A stretch of DNA of 64,000 bases from Neocallimastix sp. 'constans' (lineage: Eukaryota). The translations under genes were made by a program, and so were the position numbers. Of the stretch, positions 1-13,100 are shown one piece after another. How positions within the stretch are numbered: the stretch's first letter is position 1; each line of letters opens with the position of its first letter. The notes beneath the pieces are model-generated. The model did not search any database and was not told the origin of the DNA. It worked only from the letters and a program-made list of their open reading frames with translations. Location: contig JBODTK010000105.1 in assembly GCA_050613775.1 (NCBI GenBank), positions 248,001 to 312,000 of the forward strand, read 5' to 3'.

Positions 1-576
1 AGAAGAAGCTCATAATAAATATACAAGAGTTTTTTCATTAGGAAATATGGCAATGAATGTTGGTTTTATTACAGGTAAAAATAATAATAAAAAATAATAA
101 TAATAATAATAAAAATAATTATAAATAATAAATAATAAATAATAAATAATAAATAAATAATAAATAATAAATAATAAATAATAAATAAATAATAAATAAT
201 AAATAATAAATAATGATAATAATAAATAATGAATAATAATAATAAATAATCAATAATGAATAATGATAATAATAAATAATAATAATAATAATAATAAATA
301 ATAATAATAAATAATGAATAATAATAAATAATGAATAATAATAATAAATAATAAATAATGAATAATGATAATAATAAATAATAATAATAATATTAAATAA
401 TAAATAATGAATATGATAATAATAAATAATAATAATAATAATAAATAATAAATAATAATAAATAATAAATAATAATAAATAATAAATAATAATAATAATA
501 AATAAATAATAATAGTAATAATAATAAAATAATCATTTGCATTATTAATTCAAATTATTTTTATTTATATATAATA

Positions 577-607
<31 letters not shown>

Positions 608-868
608 TTCCTTAAATGAATATTTAATAAATGAATTCTAAATATTTTTTAAATTCATAAATAATAATAATTAGGTCCACTGATTAGTTCATTTTTAGTA
701 GCATTGGTAGATGGAGATGAACCCAATGTTAATCGTTTTAATTCCTCTTTCTTTAAATGCTGTTTAATTTTCGCTGCTTTTGGTTTATTATCATCTGTAG
801 TAGCCATAATTCCTGGATTAAAAAGATATAGAAGAGAAAAAGATAAACAAATAAACCAACAACAATAA
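1..868 (+). CDS. 3' end (last two exons, <1-74 and 675-868) of an SLC18/VMAT-like MFS transporter; tandem paralog of the gene at 3966-7728
   Basis: Exon 2-74 reads EEAHNKYTRVFSLGNMAMNVGFITG, nearly identical to the end of exon 7 of the downstream gene. GT..AG intron 75-674. Exon 675-868 reads GPLISSFLVALVDGDEPNVNRFNSSFFKCCLIF..., stop TAA 866-868. Intron position matches the paralog. Confidence 0.9.
75..530. repeat. Intronic (AATAAAT)n/(AAT)n low-complexity repeat
   Basis: Directly visible AATAAAT/AAT iterations within the intron. Confidence 0.9.
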
Positions 869-869
869 A

Positions 870-997
870 AAAAAAAAAAAAAAAAGAAACTAAAAGATAA
901 TTTAAAAAAAACTATTAAATTAGAAAACAAAAACAAAAACAATATAAATTAATAGATTATAAAGTAAAATGAGATTATATCATTTATTTGTCTATAC

Positions 998-1032
<35 letters not shown>

Positions 1033-1175
1033 AACTAAAAGATAATTTAAAAAAACTATTAAATTAGAAAACAAAAACAAAAACAATATAAATTAATAGA
1101 TTATAAAGTAAAATGAGATTAAATGTTTATTATATCTTTTATTTGTCTATACTTATAAAAAAAAAAAAAAAAAAA
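870..1175. repeat. ~145-bp tandem duplication 3' of the first transporter gene
   Basis: gaaactaaaagataatttaaaaaaa...gtctatacttata occurs twice, separated by A-runs. Confidence 0.8.
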
Positions 1176-3965
1176 GATTAGTATATTATAAATATTATAA
1201 ATATATATATATATATTTTTGTTATTTTAAGTTTTATTATTAAATATATATAAATATATAGAATAGATGTCAATTATTTTTATTTTATTTTTAATATATT
1301 TTATAATGAATTATCAAATATATTGAAGATAAAATAAAACTTTAAAAAAATAATTAGGTCTATTATAGTTTTAATAAGAAATTAATAATAAAAAATAAAT
1401 AGTATGTTATTTATATTATTATTTTTATTAAATATATATTTAATAAAAAAAAAAAAAAAAAGTTTATTTTATATTCAGTAAAAATATAAAATAAAATTAT
1501 GATATATATATATATATATTATTATTATTTTTTTTTTTTTATATATTTTTATGTTTTTATATTTTATATTTTTATTTTTTTATTTTTTTTGAAATTTAAT
1601 TCCTATGATGAAAATTACTTCACTAATGTCATTAATAAAAAATTTATTAATTTTTTGTGTTTTTGTGTTTGTTTTATTTATTTTTTTCATTAATTTCTTG
1701 AAAAGGTATGCTTCAATTTTTATATACTGTTAGTATACATGTTAACGTTCTTGTTTGATAATTAGTGTTTCTTTTTAATCTTATAATTAAAAAAAAAACA
1801 CTAATTATCAAACAATTTTTTTTTTTTTTTTTTTTAATCTTAATGAAAATTAACTATGCTAAAAACTTTTACTTTATTTTTTTTTTTTTTATAAAAGTTT
1901 AATTAATTTTATTTCTATTTTCTATTTTCTATTTTTATTTTTTTATTTCATACTGTTTTAATTCATAAAAATCTTTTTTTTTTTTTTTTTTTTTTTTTTA
2001 TTATTTATTTAAGAATAATTATCCTATTTGATATATACACACATATATATATTTTTATTTATTTAATACTACTAATACTTCCAATACTAATAATATTATT
2101 TGGTTAAAATAAGCATTTAAATAATAGTCTACCTTGTGGAAATTAAAATTATGGACATTACATTCAATATTAATAAATTTATATATAGTATTATTCATAA
2201 AAAAGAACTATTCAATGATAGGCATTTATTATTTCTAACTTGATTAAAACAATAATACGTTTATTATATATTACTAACATATTACATATTCCTTCCCTCT
2301 TAGAAGTTACTTTAAATTTATGATTGTCATTAATTAATTAAGTTTTTAATATATATATATATATATATTATTTTAAAAATGAAGAAAATAAAATAAGACT
2401 TTTCTTGTGACGCTTTATTCTTGTTTAGCAGTGCTTTAAAGCATATCTTTAATAATAAATAGTACTAAAGGTTAAACGTATAACTTTTGAAATTTTTAAA
2501 TTTTAACCTCGTCTCTGATTTTAAAATTTTAATTTATTTATTCTCGGTGTTTTTTTTTTTTTTTTTTTTTCTTCCTTCACTTTTCCTTTGTCAATAACGA
2601 ATAGTACTACAATTAAGACCCATCGGTTCCCGGTCGGTTAATCCATTTATACAAGTATTTCCTCTTGAAACTTGATAGGTAAAATTAGATAGTAAATGTT
2701 TTATAAAAATCTTTTTTTTTAAAAAAAATTTTTTTTTTAAGTCTAAAGGTAAAACTTTCATATTTATATTCATTTAATTCCCATAAACTGAATATAAATA
2801 TTAAATAAAATTAAGTAATACAACTTTATCATCTTAGAAAAATTATTATATCATTATCTATCACTATCATTTAGGAGGAAGGATGTACTATGACATCTAA
2901 ATATACATCTAATAAGAAAAGAGAAAACCTCCTTGGATGTAACATTAGAAAATACTTTAGCCTTTGCCTATTTTATGAAATAATCAACTCATACAATGAA
3001 AAAACTTATTACTCTATGAAGCCGGGCCTTAAGGTTTCAATTATATTCAATCTTTAAAGAATGAATGAAGGATGGATTCTGTTAATGTAAGGAAATGTTT
3101 TATCAATTAAGATTAGGAATTCAGTTTCGTGAATTGTCGGATTTTACAGCTAATGAATGCATTTCTGAATGACCATTAAAATACCTTTCCTGTAATTCCT
3201 TATTTATTTTTTTTTTTTATGATTTTTTTTTTTGTACACCTTCATTTTTTAATTTTTACTAATAATAGAATTAAAAGAAAAAAAAAATTATTTATCTACC
3301 ATTTTATATAATTTTTTGTAATTAATAGAAAGTTTAAAATGTTTGAATAATAATAATTAAAACATCCAGTATTAGAACAATCTTAATATCTTATTTTTAT
3401 TTTAGCATTTGACTTTGCAAAAATCTTTTGAAAAAAATAATTCAGAAATTTGTACTACCTCAATTTTCAAATAATTTAAATAGTTAATTTCACGTGATTA
3501 ATGTTAAATTCATTTTATTAATAATTAAGGTTTATATCTTTATTTGTTAGATTTTTAAATAAATACGATTGGTTAATAATATACAAAATGTTTTTAAATT
3601 TATTTATTTAAATATAATTTTTTTTTATTTATTTTTAAATATTTTTATTCATTTATTACATAAATAAGTTTATTAATTATTAAATTATTAATAAATAATA
3701 AATAATAAATAATAAATAATTAATCTTATTTAAATAATAATAAAATTTATATGAAATTTTGAAATTAAATTATCCTTAATCTCTTTTTTTCTTTATTTTT
3801 ATTTCTTTTTAAAAATAATGATAATAATAAAATAGTATAAAATAATTATAGAAATAATATTAATATAAAATTAAATAGTAAAAGAAAAAGAAAAAGAATA
3901 TTTAATTTATAATTGAAACATTTTTTATTTTTTTTTCTGTTCAAGTGTTTTTCTTTTTTTAAAAA

Positions 3966-4804
3966 ATGAATAAAGCAACATTTGCTATTTTTTCAGCTTT
4001 ATTAGCTGATTATATCATGGTAACTATTGTTGTTCCAATTGTAAATGATTTATTTAAAATTGACTATGGTAAAATAGATGAATTTAAAGTTGGTTTTGTA
4101 TATTCTATGAAAGGTAATTAATATTTTGAGTATTTTAATGAATACTAATATAAAAAATAAAAAGAAATTTATATTCAATGAATAAAAAGTTAAATTTTAG
4201 AAATAAAATAAAAGTTAAATGAAAAATTATAATTCTATAATCAAATATTGTATTCGTAAAATTTTCATTTAAATTAGAAAATTATATTATTATAATACCA
4301 TTTATTAATTAATTCGAAATTCCTTTATTATAATTTTATATTCAGATAATTAAGTATAGAATTGAATTTATTCTTTTAAAAACACTTTGTTAGATACTTT
4401 TTGAATTTCTATAAATATACTTTGAGATAATAAATTAAAATGAAATTTGAAATTTTAATTTGAAAATCATTTTTAGTTATTTGAAAATAATTAAATTAAT
4501 AAAATTAATTAAAATGAAATTTGAAATTTCAATTTGAAAATCATTTTTTGTTATTTGAAAATAATTAAATTAATTAAATTAATTAAAATGAAATTTGAAA
4601 TTTCAATTTGAAAATCATTTTTTGTTATATGAAATTATTTTAATTCATTAAAATGAAATCTGAAATTTTAATTTGAAAATCATTTTTTGTTATTTGAAAA
4701 TAGTTTAATTAATTAAAATGAAATTTGAAATTTCAATTTGAAAATCATTTTGTTATTTGATATTAGTATAATTAATTAAAATTAATTTGAATTTATTATT
4801 GTTA

Positions 4805-4866
<62 letters not shown>

Positions 4867-4882
4867 CTTATTGTATATATAT

Positions 4883-4922
<40 letters not shown>

Positions 4923-6472
4923 TATATATAACTATTTAAAAACGTATAATTATCATTCAATATATTCAAATATATATATATATATAAATACAAGGTATAT
5001 CGCAACTGTGTACAGGTTTATTAATTGGAAAAATTTCTGATAAATTACAATTGAAATTAATGACACAATTAGGTAAAATTTACTATTAATAAAAAGTTAA
5101 ATATTATTATTATTATTATTATTATTATTTTTATTTTTTTTTTTTTTTTTAAAAAGTACTAAATAAATATATGTAAAAATAGGGTTATGTTTCGATTTAA
5201 TTGCATCATTAATATATATTTTTGGAAGAAAATTTCCAAGCTATGTGGCTGCTAGAGGATTTCATGGTATTGGAAGTTCTTTAATAGCTTCTTCAAGTTT
5301 TTCACTTTTAGCAAATCATTATAAAACAGATAAAGAAAGAGGTGAAATTATGTCAAAGGTAAAAATATATAAAATGATAGTATATATAATTTTATAAAAT
5401 TATTTTATATATATATTCTATATATACTTTTATTATTTTATATTAGCATAGAATTAAAATTTTGTAAATATAAAATTTTAAATAAAATACTGATAATAAC
5501 CAATAATAATAATAATAATAAAAAAAAAAAAAAAAAAAAAAAAAACCATCGATATTATTAAAATATATTAATTTTTTTTTTTTTTTTTTATATTTTCTTT
5601 AGGCTGGAAGTGGCATAGCTTTTGGTGTATTATTTGGTCCAGTTTTGGGTGGAATTTTATATTCGGTACGAAATTTAAAAAAAAAAAAAAAAAAAAAAAA
5701 CATCTAATTATATTTCCCCACAAATATTTATTTTATAAAAAATTTTTATTTTTTTTTTTAATTTATTATACTAAATAAGATTTTTAATTATTAATTTTTT
5801 TTTATTTTTTTTTATATAAATTTATTATAAATTAATACATAAATTTAAATTATATTGTAAATATTAGCTTGGAGAAAGTATGGGATTAGGATCATATGCT
5901 CGTATTGTTCCATTTGGATTCTGTAGTTTATCATATATATTGGCCTTTAGTTCTATTCACTTTTTCATTAATTCACCTTATAGAGCTATAAAAAAGAAAA
6001 GTAAATCATCATCATCATCATTAGAATTAAGTGAAAAAGAAAAATCAATTTCATTACAAAAAAATTTATCCAATTGGCAAATTTTAAAGTATACCCCTGT
6101 TTTAGCTTTAGTATATTTAAGTTTTGTTGGAAATATACAAGTATCTTATATTGAACCAATCCTTCCAAATTATTGGATGAAGTTAACTGAAAATCATTGG
6201 AATACCTTTAAATCTGGTATTCTTTTTGCTTTTTCACCATTATCTTATACTATTTTTATGCCAATTTTAGGTAAATTTAAAATATATTTTAAATATCAAT
6301 ATCAATATCAATATGAATATATATATATATATATATTATCGAAATTAAAAAAAAAAAAAAAATTTAAAATATACTTAATATTTTAAAATTTGTATATATA
6401 TATATATATATATATTTTATCGAAATTAAAAAAAAAAAAAAAAAAATTTAAAATATATTTAATATTTTAAAA

Positions 6473-6523
<51 letters not shown>

Positions 6524-6773
6524 ATGAATTATACTCTCTATTTTTATTTTTAAATATTATATTAAATGAATAGGTAAATATGGTTATAAAGTTGGACGTC
6601 ATTATGTTATTCTTACTGGAATGATAGTGGTTAGTTTAATTTTTTTGGTAAGTAAATTAATGGTGTAATAGTGTAAAAATAAATATACAGATAAGATAAA
6701 ATAATTTTTATTCGTAAATATAAATGAAAATAAAAAATCTAAATCTAAATCTAAATCTAAATATATATTATAC

Positions 6774-6810
<37 letters not shown>

Positions 6811-7403
6811 TTAATGAATTTAATTAAATCAAATAATAAATTAGTTTAACTAATATTTTATTTTATTTTTTTTTTCTTATAATAATTCAAATATTTATGA
6901 ATAAATATTTGTAATTATAATTATTTATATATATTATTTTTAAATTAAAGATTGTTATACCAACAAAAAGTTTAATATATACTTCAGCAATCTTTTTATT
7001 CTTGATGGGCTGTGGTAGTGGTGCCATTGATTCATCTTTACAACCAATGTTAGCTGAAGCTTATGATAATTTATTAGAAAGAAAACAAAAAGAAGAAAAA
7101 TTTGTCAAGGAAATAGAAATGGATCTTTCTGATGATATATCAGAAAATACCTTAGACGATGAAAATAATGTTAAATTAACTATTGAGACAAAAGAAGATA
7201 AAATTTTTGAAAAATCAGATACAAAAATAAATGAAACAGAAATTAATTCAGAAGAAGACACTGAAGGGGGTAATGAAGAAGCTCATAATAAATATACAAG
7301 AGTTTTTTCATTAGGAAATATGGCAATGAATGTTGGTTTTATTGCAGGTAAAAAAAAAAAAAAAGAAAAAAAATTATTATATGATTAACATTAAAATTAA
7401 TTA

Positions 7404-7434
<31 letters not shown>

Positions 7435-7728
7435 ATAAAAATTATATATATAGTATACTATAATAAGTATTTTTTATTTTATTTTTATTTTTTAAATAAT
7501 GAATATTTAATAAATGAATTCTAATATTTTAATCTATAAATAATATAATTATTAGGTCCAATGATTAGTTCATCATTAGTAGCATTATTAGATGGAGATG
7601 AACCAAATGTTAATCGATATAATTCTTCTTTCTTTAAGTGTTGTTTAATTTTCTCTACATTTGGAATCTTATCGTCTGTGGTAGCATTAATTCCAGGAAT
7701 GAAAAAATATAGAAGTAAAAAAAAATAA
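3966..7728 (+). CDS. MFS transporter, SLC18 (vesicular amine/acetylcholine transporter)-like, 8 exons, 503 aa
   Basis: Exons 3966-4113, 4995-5072, 5183-5358, 5603-5665, 5868-6270, 6574-6647, 6951-7347, 7556-7728. All introns are GT-AG and the exons total 1512 nt in frame. Motifs ALLADYIMVTIVVPI, ARGFHGIGSS, YKTDKERGEIM, GIAFGVLFGPVLGGILY, GAIDSSLQPML and GFIAGP parallel recalled VMAT motifs (LLDNMLLTVVVPI, ARSLQGIGSS, DDEERG, GVLVGPPFG, VDSSMMP). Confidence 0.88.
4435..4760. repeat. Intronic minisatellite, ~70-74 bp unit, ~4.5 copies
   Basis: Repeats of aaaatgaaatttgaaatttcaatttgaaaatcattttttgttatttgaaaat in intron 1. Confidence 0.85.
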
Positions 7729-7865
7729 AAATTAAAATAAAATATAAAATAAAAAAAAAAGAAAAAAAAATATAATCATGGATAATTTTAGGAACTATTT
7801 AAATAAATAAATAAATAAATAAATAAAAATTCTAATAATAATAGATAATTTTATAAAATATATAA

Positions 7866-7899
<34 letters not shown>

Positions 7900-7989
7900 T
7901 AGAAAAAATTCAATAATAGATAATTTAAGAATTATTAAAATAAATTAAAATAAATAAATAAATAAAAAAAAAAAAAAAAAAAAAAAAAA

Positions 7990-8485
7990 TTAAAATATTT
8001 AAAAACTAAATTAATTATAAAGATAGAAATAATTAAAGTATATTACATCCTTTTTATATGTCTGTGAATAAAAAATGAATTGTAAATTAATAATTTTTTT
8101 TTCTTTTTTTAATTATCATTAAAAGATATATAAATAATAGAAGTCAATGGGTTATATATATTAATGATAAAAATACCTATTAGTTTAATAAAATTATAAT
8201 AAAGCATAATATTATTTTTAATAAAAATATATAGATATATATAATAGAAAATGATGTATTAAAATAAAATAAAAAATGAATAATATTTAAATAAAATTTT
8301 AAAGTACTTTATTATTATTAGTAATTAGTATCGTAAAAATTAAATTCTTATTATTAAATATGAAATAAAAAAAAAAAAAAATTAAAATATTTAAAAACTA
8401 AATTAATTATAAAGTTAGAAATAATTAAAGTATATTACATTCTTTTTATATGTCCGTGAATAAAAATGAATTGTAAATTAATAAT

Positions 8486-8538
<53 letters not shown>

Positions 8539-8806
8539 ATCATTAAAAGATATATAAATAATAGAAGTCAATGGGTTATATATATTAATGATAAAGTAAA
8601 ATATAAAATAAATACCTATTAGTTTAATAAAATTATGATAAAGCATAATATTATTTTTAATAAAAATATATAGATATATATAATAGAAAATGATGTATTA
8701 AAATAAAATAAAAAATGAATAATATTTAAATAAAATTTTAAAGTACTTTATTATTATTAGTAATTAGTATTGTAAAAATTAAATTCTTATTATTAAATAT
8801 GAAATA
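7990..8806. repeat. ~400-bp tandem duplication downstream of the transporter gene
   Basis: ttaaaatatttaaaaactaaatt...agaagtcaatgggttata...aaatatgaaataa occurs at ~7990-8370 and ~8381-8806. Confidence 0.85.
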
Positions 8807-9959
8807 ACACAACATTAAGAATATATCTTATTTAATAACTATTATAATAAAATAATATAAGTAATATAAAACTATACTAATTTTTGTTATTTAAATAATA
8901 ATCATAAAAAAATAAAAGTAATATCAAGCTATACTAATTTTTGCTATTTTAAACTTAATATATTAAAATAAGTTAATTTTAAAAGAAAATTAAAGTAAAT
9001 ATTAATTATTTCTGTTAAAAGTCAATAGTTTGGGTTTTATAATTATGTCAACTTTATTAATATATTTTATGATAAAGAGCTGCTTTGTGAGTTACTTGAG
9101 TAACTAATAACTAATGTTTAATTCTATTACAAATTACATGCGGGGAGTGTGCATTTCGAAAATTTTTAATACAAAAATTTGTATTTTATTGTATGGCTTA
9201 AATATTTTAAAATTTAAGCCACTTAATTATATTAAAATTTTAATGAATAATAATTAATTAATTAAATAAATAAAATTACAATTCTCAAAAATTTTCAAAC
9301 ACGTAATCTTACGTGGGTCGTATATCTAATTGTATCATAATTTTGTGGCTTTTTCTACAATTTTTAAAAGCCATATATTCACTATATGGTGTTAATAATA
9401 ATTGTGGTGATATTTTATGACGTAAATTTATAAGCCACCAAGAATTTGGCGAAATTCAACTGGACGAAATTCAATTTTTGGCGAAATACAACACTTAAAT
9501 AAATAATAATTAGGTTAGGTATTTCTATTTAACATTAAAAAAAAAAAAAGGGTGTGGGGCATTTCGCCAAATTGCATTTCGCCAGATTGCATTTTGTTAG
9601 AAAATTAGTATTTTTAGTTTAAATTTTTAATTAACACTTTGTTCAATACTTTTATTTTATTATAATTTTAAATATTAAATATTAAATAGTATATTATAAA
9701 TAAATAGGATATATTACAATAATATATAGTTTATATAGTTTATGATACAAATAATATATTTTTAAAATTTTTTATAAGCCTCTTTTATATTATTTCTAAT
9801 AAGTCATGTATTTAATATAATAAATATGTACGTTCCATTGAATGTAATTTTTATGAATATAAAAAATATTAAATCATGTATTATTATTAAAAAATAGGTT
9901 CTTTAATAAAAATAAAAACTTTTAGTAAAAAGTAAATATTTATTTACGATTTTTTGTCA

Positions 9960-9973
9960 GATTAAGAGTCTCA
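9960..9973 (+). other. Primer-binding site GATTAAGAGTCTCA, complementary to the tRNA-Lys(CUU) anticodon arm
   Basis: Directly abuts the 5' LTR. The same motif abuts the 5' LTR at 22417-22430(-), 33882-33895(-), 34479-34492(+, G>A), 48281-48294(-) and 49178-49191(+). Confidence 0.85.
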
Positions 9974-10148
9974 GTGACTCTATAGTGTTTTTAAGATACA
10001 TTTATGTGTGAAAAATATATTGAGGAATTTAGTAATTAGTTATAATTAGTGTTGTCGATAATTGAGTAATCGACAAAATAAATAAATAAAACTTTTATAA
10101 ATAATAAAAAATAATAATAAACAAAAGAAAAGTAAACAAAAAAAAAAA

Positions 10149-13100
10149 ATGTCTGATGTAATCATTCATAGTATGGACTACGTCCTGACAGAGACCAATT
10201 ATAAAGATTGGTACGAAGATTTCAAATTAGAATTAGATGGAGCCGGACTTGGGGAATATGTAGAGAGAGATATCGAAGAGATTATAAATGAAACTACCGC
10301 CAAGTATACTGATAAACACACCGGACTATCTGAAGAAGGGGAAGAGAAAATTAGGAAGCACAAGATGAACAACTCAAAGGTCATTAGTTTCACCAAAAGG
10401 TCTGTGAATTCAAAAATCAAAGCGTTTATAAAGAATAAAACAGAAGAAAAAAAATCAGCTTATGCATTAATAAAGTTACTAGAGAAAAAATATAAGGAAG
10501 AAGAACTGAATGAAATCCCCAAACTCTATAGGAAACTAGAAAACTTAAACGCCAGTAATGAAAAAGAAGTCATAAACTACATTGATGAATTTTTGGAAAT
10601 CATAGGAAAATTGAGCGAGCTAAATATAAAACTTAATAATAGAGAAAAGTTAACTTATTTATACAAAGGACTGCCCGAGAAACAAATAAACTTTCTAGAA
10701 ATTAGATGCAGTATCTCTGACGACATTGATAAAATTTTAGAAGACATGAAAAAACAAATCAGAAACCGTCAGACATATATTCATGAGGATGAAAAAGAAG
10801 TATCATTCATTTCCAGGAATGACAGCAGAAGTAAATATAGTAAATTGAATACTCACCATAATAAACATGGTAAAAGTGAATATCATCACTCTAAACATCA
10901 TAATAAGGAGTTTGGCAAAAAAAGATATAGTCAAAATAATAATCATTATAGAAATAGTAACGATAATTTCGGTAATAATAGTTATAATAGAAAAAATTAT
11001 TCAAATAAAAAATACTGCTTTATATGCAATAATGAAAATCATCTAGCTTTTAAATGCCCGTTTAACCCTAAAAATCCGAATAACAAAATAAAAGTCATAG
11101 CTAAGAAATTTAGTCAATTAAATCTGAGAGAAGATGAACTAAATGATATTGAATTTTGCTATGATAATGATACATCATCATCTGAAACTGAAACAAGAGA
11201 AATTAACTCAATAGAAATTCAAAGTTTAGGAGAAGAAAGTGAAAATGAAGAAATTCCAGAAATCCCTCTATATGAAACCAATAATTTAAACTTCATCAAC
11301 CGTCAACACACCCCAAAAAATGCTGGAAGAATAACCAAGAATATCTCAAGAGTTGATAACATTATTGATAAAATAATTCCGCCAATAATTAACAAAATTG
11401 TCACAAATGACGAAAACAAGGAAATAATTAAACAATATATTGAAACTAATTCGTGTAATTGCATAGGTGTTCCATCGTTGTTATTCACTATTGATTCTGG
11501 AGCATCAGTTCATGTTACAAATTCCATTGAATTCCTTAAAGATATAAGAGAATACAAAATAAATCTCATCCTGCCAAACAAAGCAAAAATTAGGATTACC
11601 AAAATAGGAACATTATCAGGATATATCAATAATTAACCTTTCGAAATAGAAGATGTACTATATTCCAAGGAACTCAACAAGAATCTTATTTCGTATAGTA
11701 TTTTAAGGAAAGCAGGTTATCTAGCTGATTATATACTTATAGATGACAACATATATTTTAGACTCGCCAATAAGAACCAGAATTTATTATGTATCGCAAA
11801 AGAAAATGATGCCAATATATGCAATATCATTGTGTCTAAAAGATGGAATATAAACAACGACCAAAATATTTATAATCTTGAGCTAGACGACTATTCCGAA
11901 AAGATATGGCATTTAAGACTATGCCATTTTTATAACAATAACTTAAGAAAATATCTTGAAGGACACAATCTTAAGAAAAATAATTGTATTGATTGTGAAA
12001 CTTCAAAATTAAAAAAGGCATCATTCAATAAATCTACCTCCCGCGCTTCAAGACCTTTGGAATTAATTCATTCAGACGTGTTAGGACCTCTTAAATTATC
12101 AAGAAATAATTATAAATATGTAATTACCTTTCTGGATGATTATAGTCGTAAAAGCTGGATCTATTTGATGAAGAAAAGATCTGAGGTCACAGATATTTTC
12201 GCTCAATTTGTTAAAATGGTCTCCAATGAAGAAAACTTAACTGTTGTTAAGATTCAATCAGATAATGGAAAAGAATACACATCTAATAAATTTGTAACAT
12301 TTTGTTCAGAAAATGGTATTCAAAGAAGACTTATTGTTCCAAGAAACCCCCAGAGTAATGGCAGAGCTGAAAGACTAAATGGTACCTTGGAGAATGCAGT
12401 GAAAGTAATGTTAAACCAAGCAAAACTTAGTGAAAATTTTTGGGAAGATGCAATTAAAACCGCTAATTATATTTATAATATAACTCCAAGAAGTTCTATT
12501 GACCTTAAAATCCCTGATGAACTTTATTACAAAAAACCGGTGAATATAGATAAATTAAAAGTCTTTGGTTGTAAAGCTTACTATTATATAGATCCAAATT
12601 TAAAAGAAAATAAATTTCATTCAAACTCAAAACCAGGTATATTTTTAGGATATGATATAAATGCAAATGGATATATTATTATGGATTATGAAACATTAAA
12701 AACTCATGTAGTTCGAGACGCTGTTTTTGAAGAAGAAATTCCAGGAAATTTCAATCTAATAAACAAAAAACCTTACGACGAAGAATATAATTTACCTTCT
12801 TTATATGCTGACGACGATATAGATGATTATGAAGATATAAATATTGAAGATAAAGAAACATTTGATGATAATCCAAAGTCACGTATATTTATTGATCCTA
12901 TGTTATCTACTCAACAAACTTACACCCATATAAATAATAATGAAGACCATAACATCAATAATAAAAAAAGAAAATTAGAAAAAGCCAAAAACAATGATAA
13001 AAATATGTCCAACACTAATACAACAGTTGAAAATACGAATAATAAGAATAATAAATTAAACAATACGGATAACATAATGAATAACATCAATAATACATTT

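Noticed and set aside
655..942. 95-aa minus-strand ORF
   Set aside because: Antisense shadow of the real last exon (675-868, +) and a poly-A run.
2590..3200. GC-richer patch with a 60-aa ORF and a PPT-like AGGAGGAAGGA-TGT
   Set aside because: No recognisable protein motif, partner LTR or TSD; possibly an old TE relic but not supportable.
11634..11636. Programmed gag-pol stop-codon readthrough
   Set aside because: The stop lies inside the protease domain, not at the Gag/PR boundary, and the other families have no stop there.
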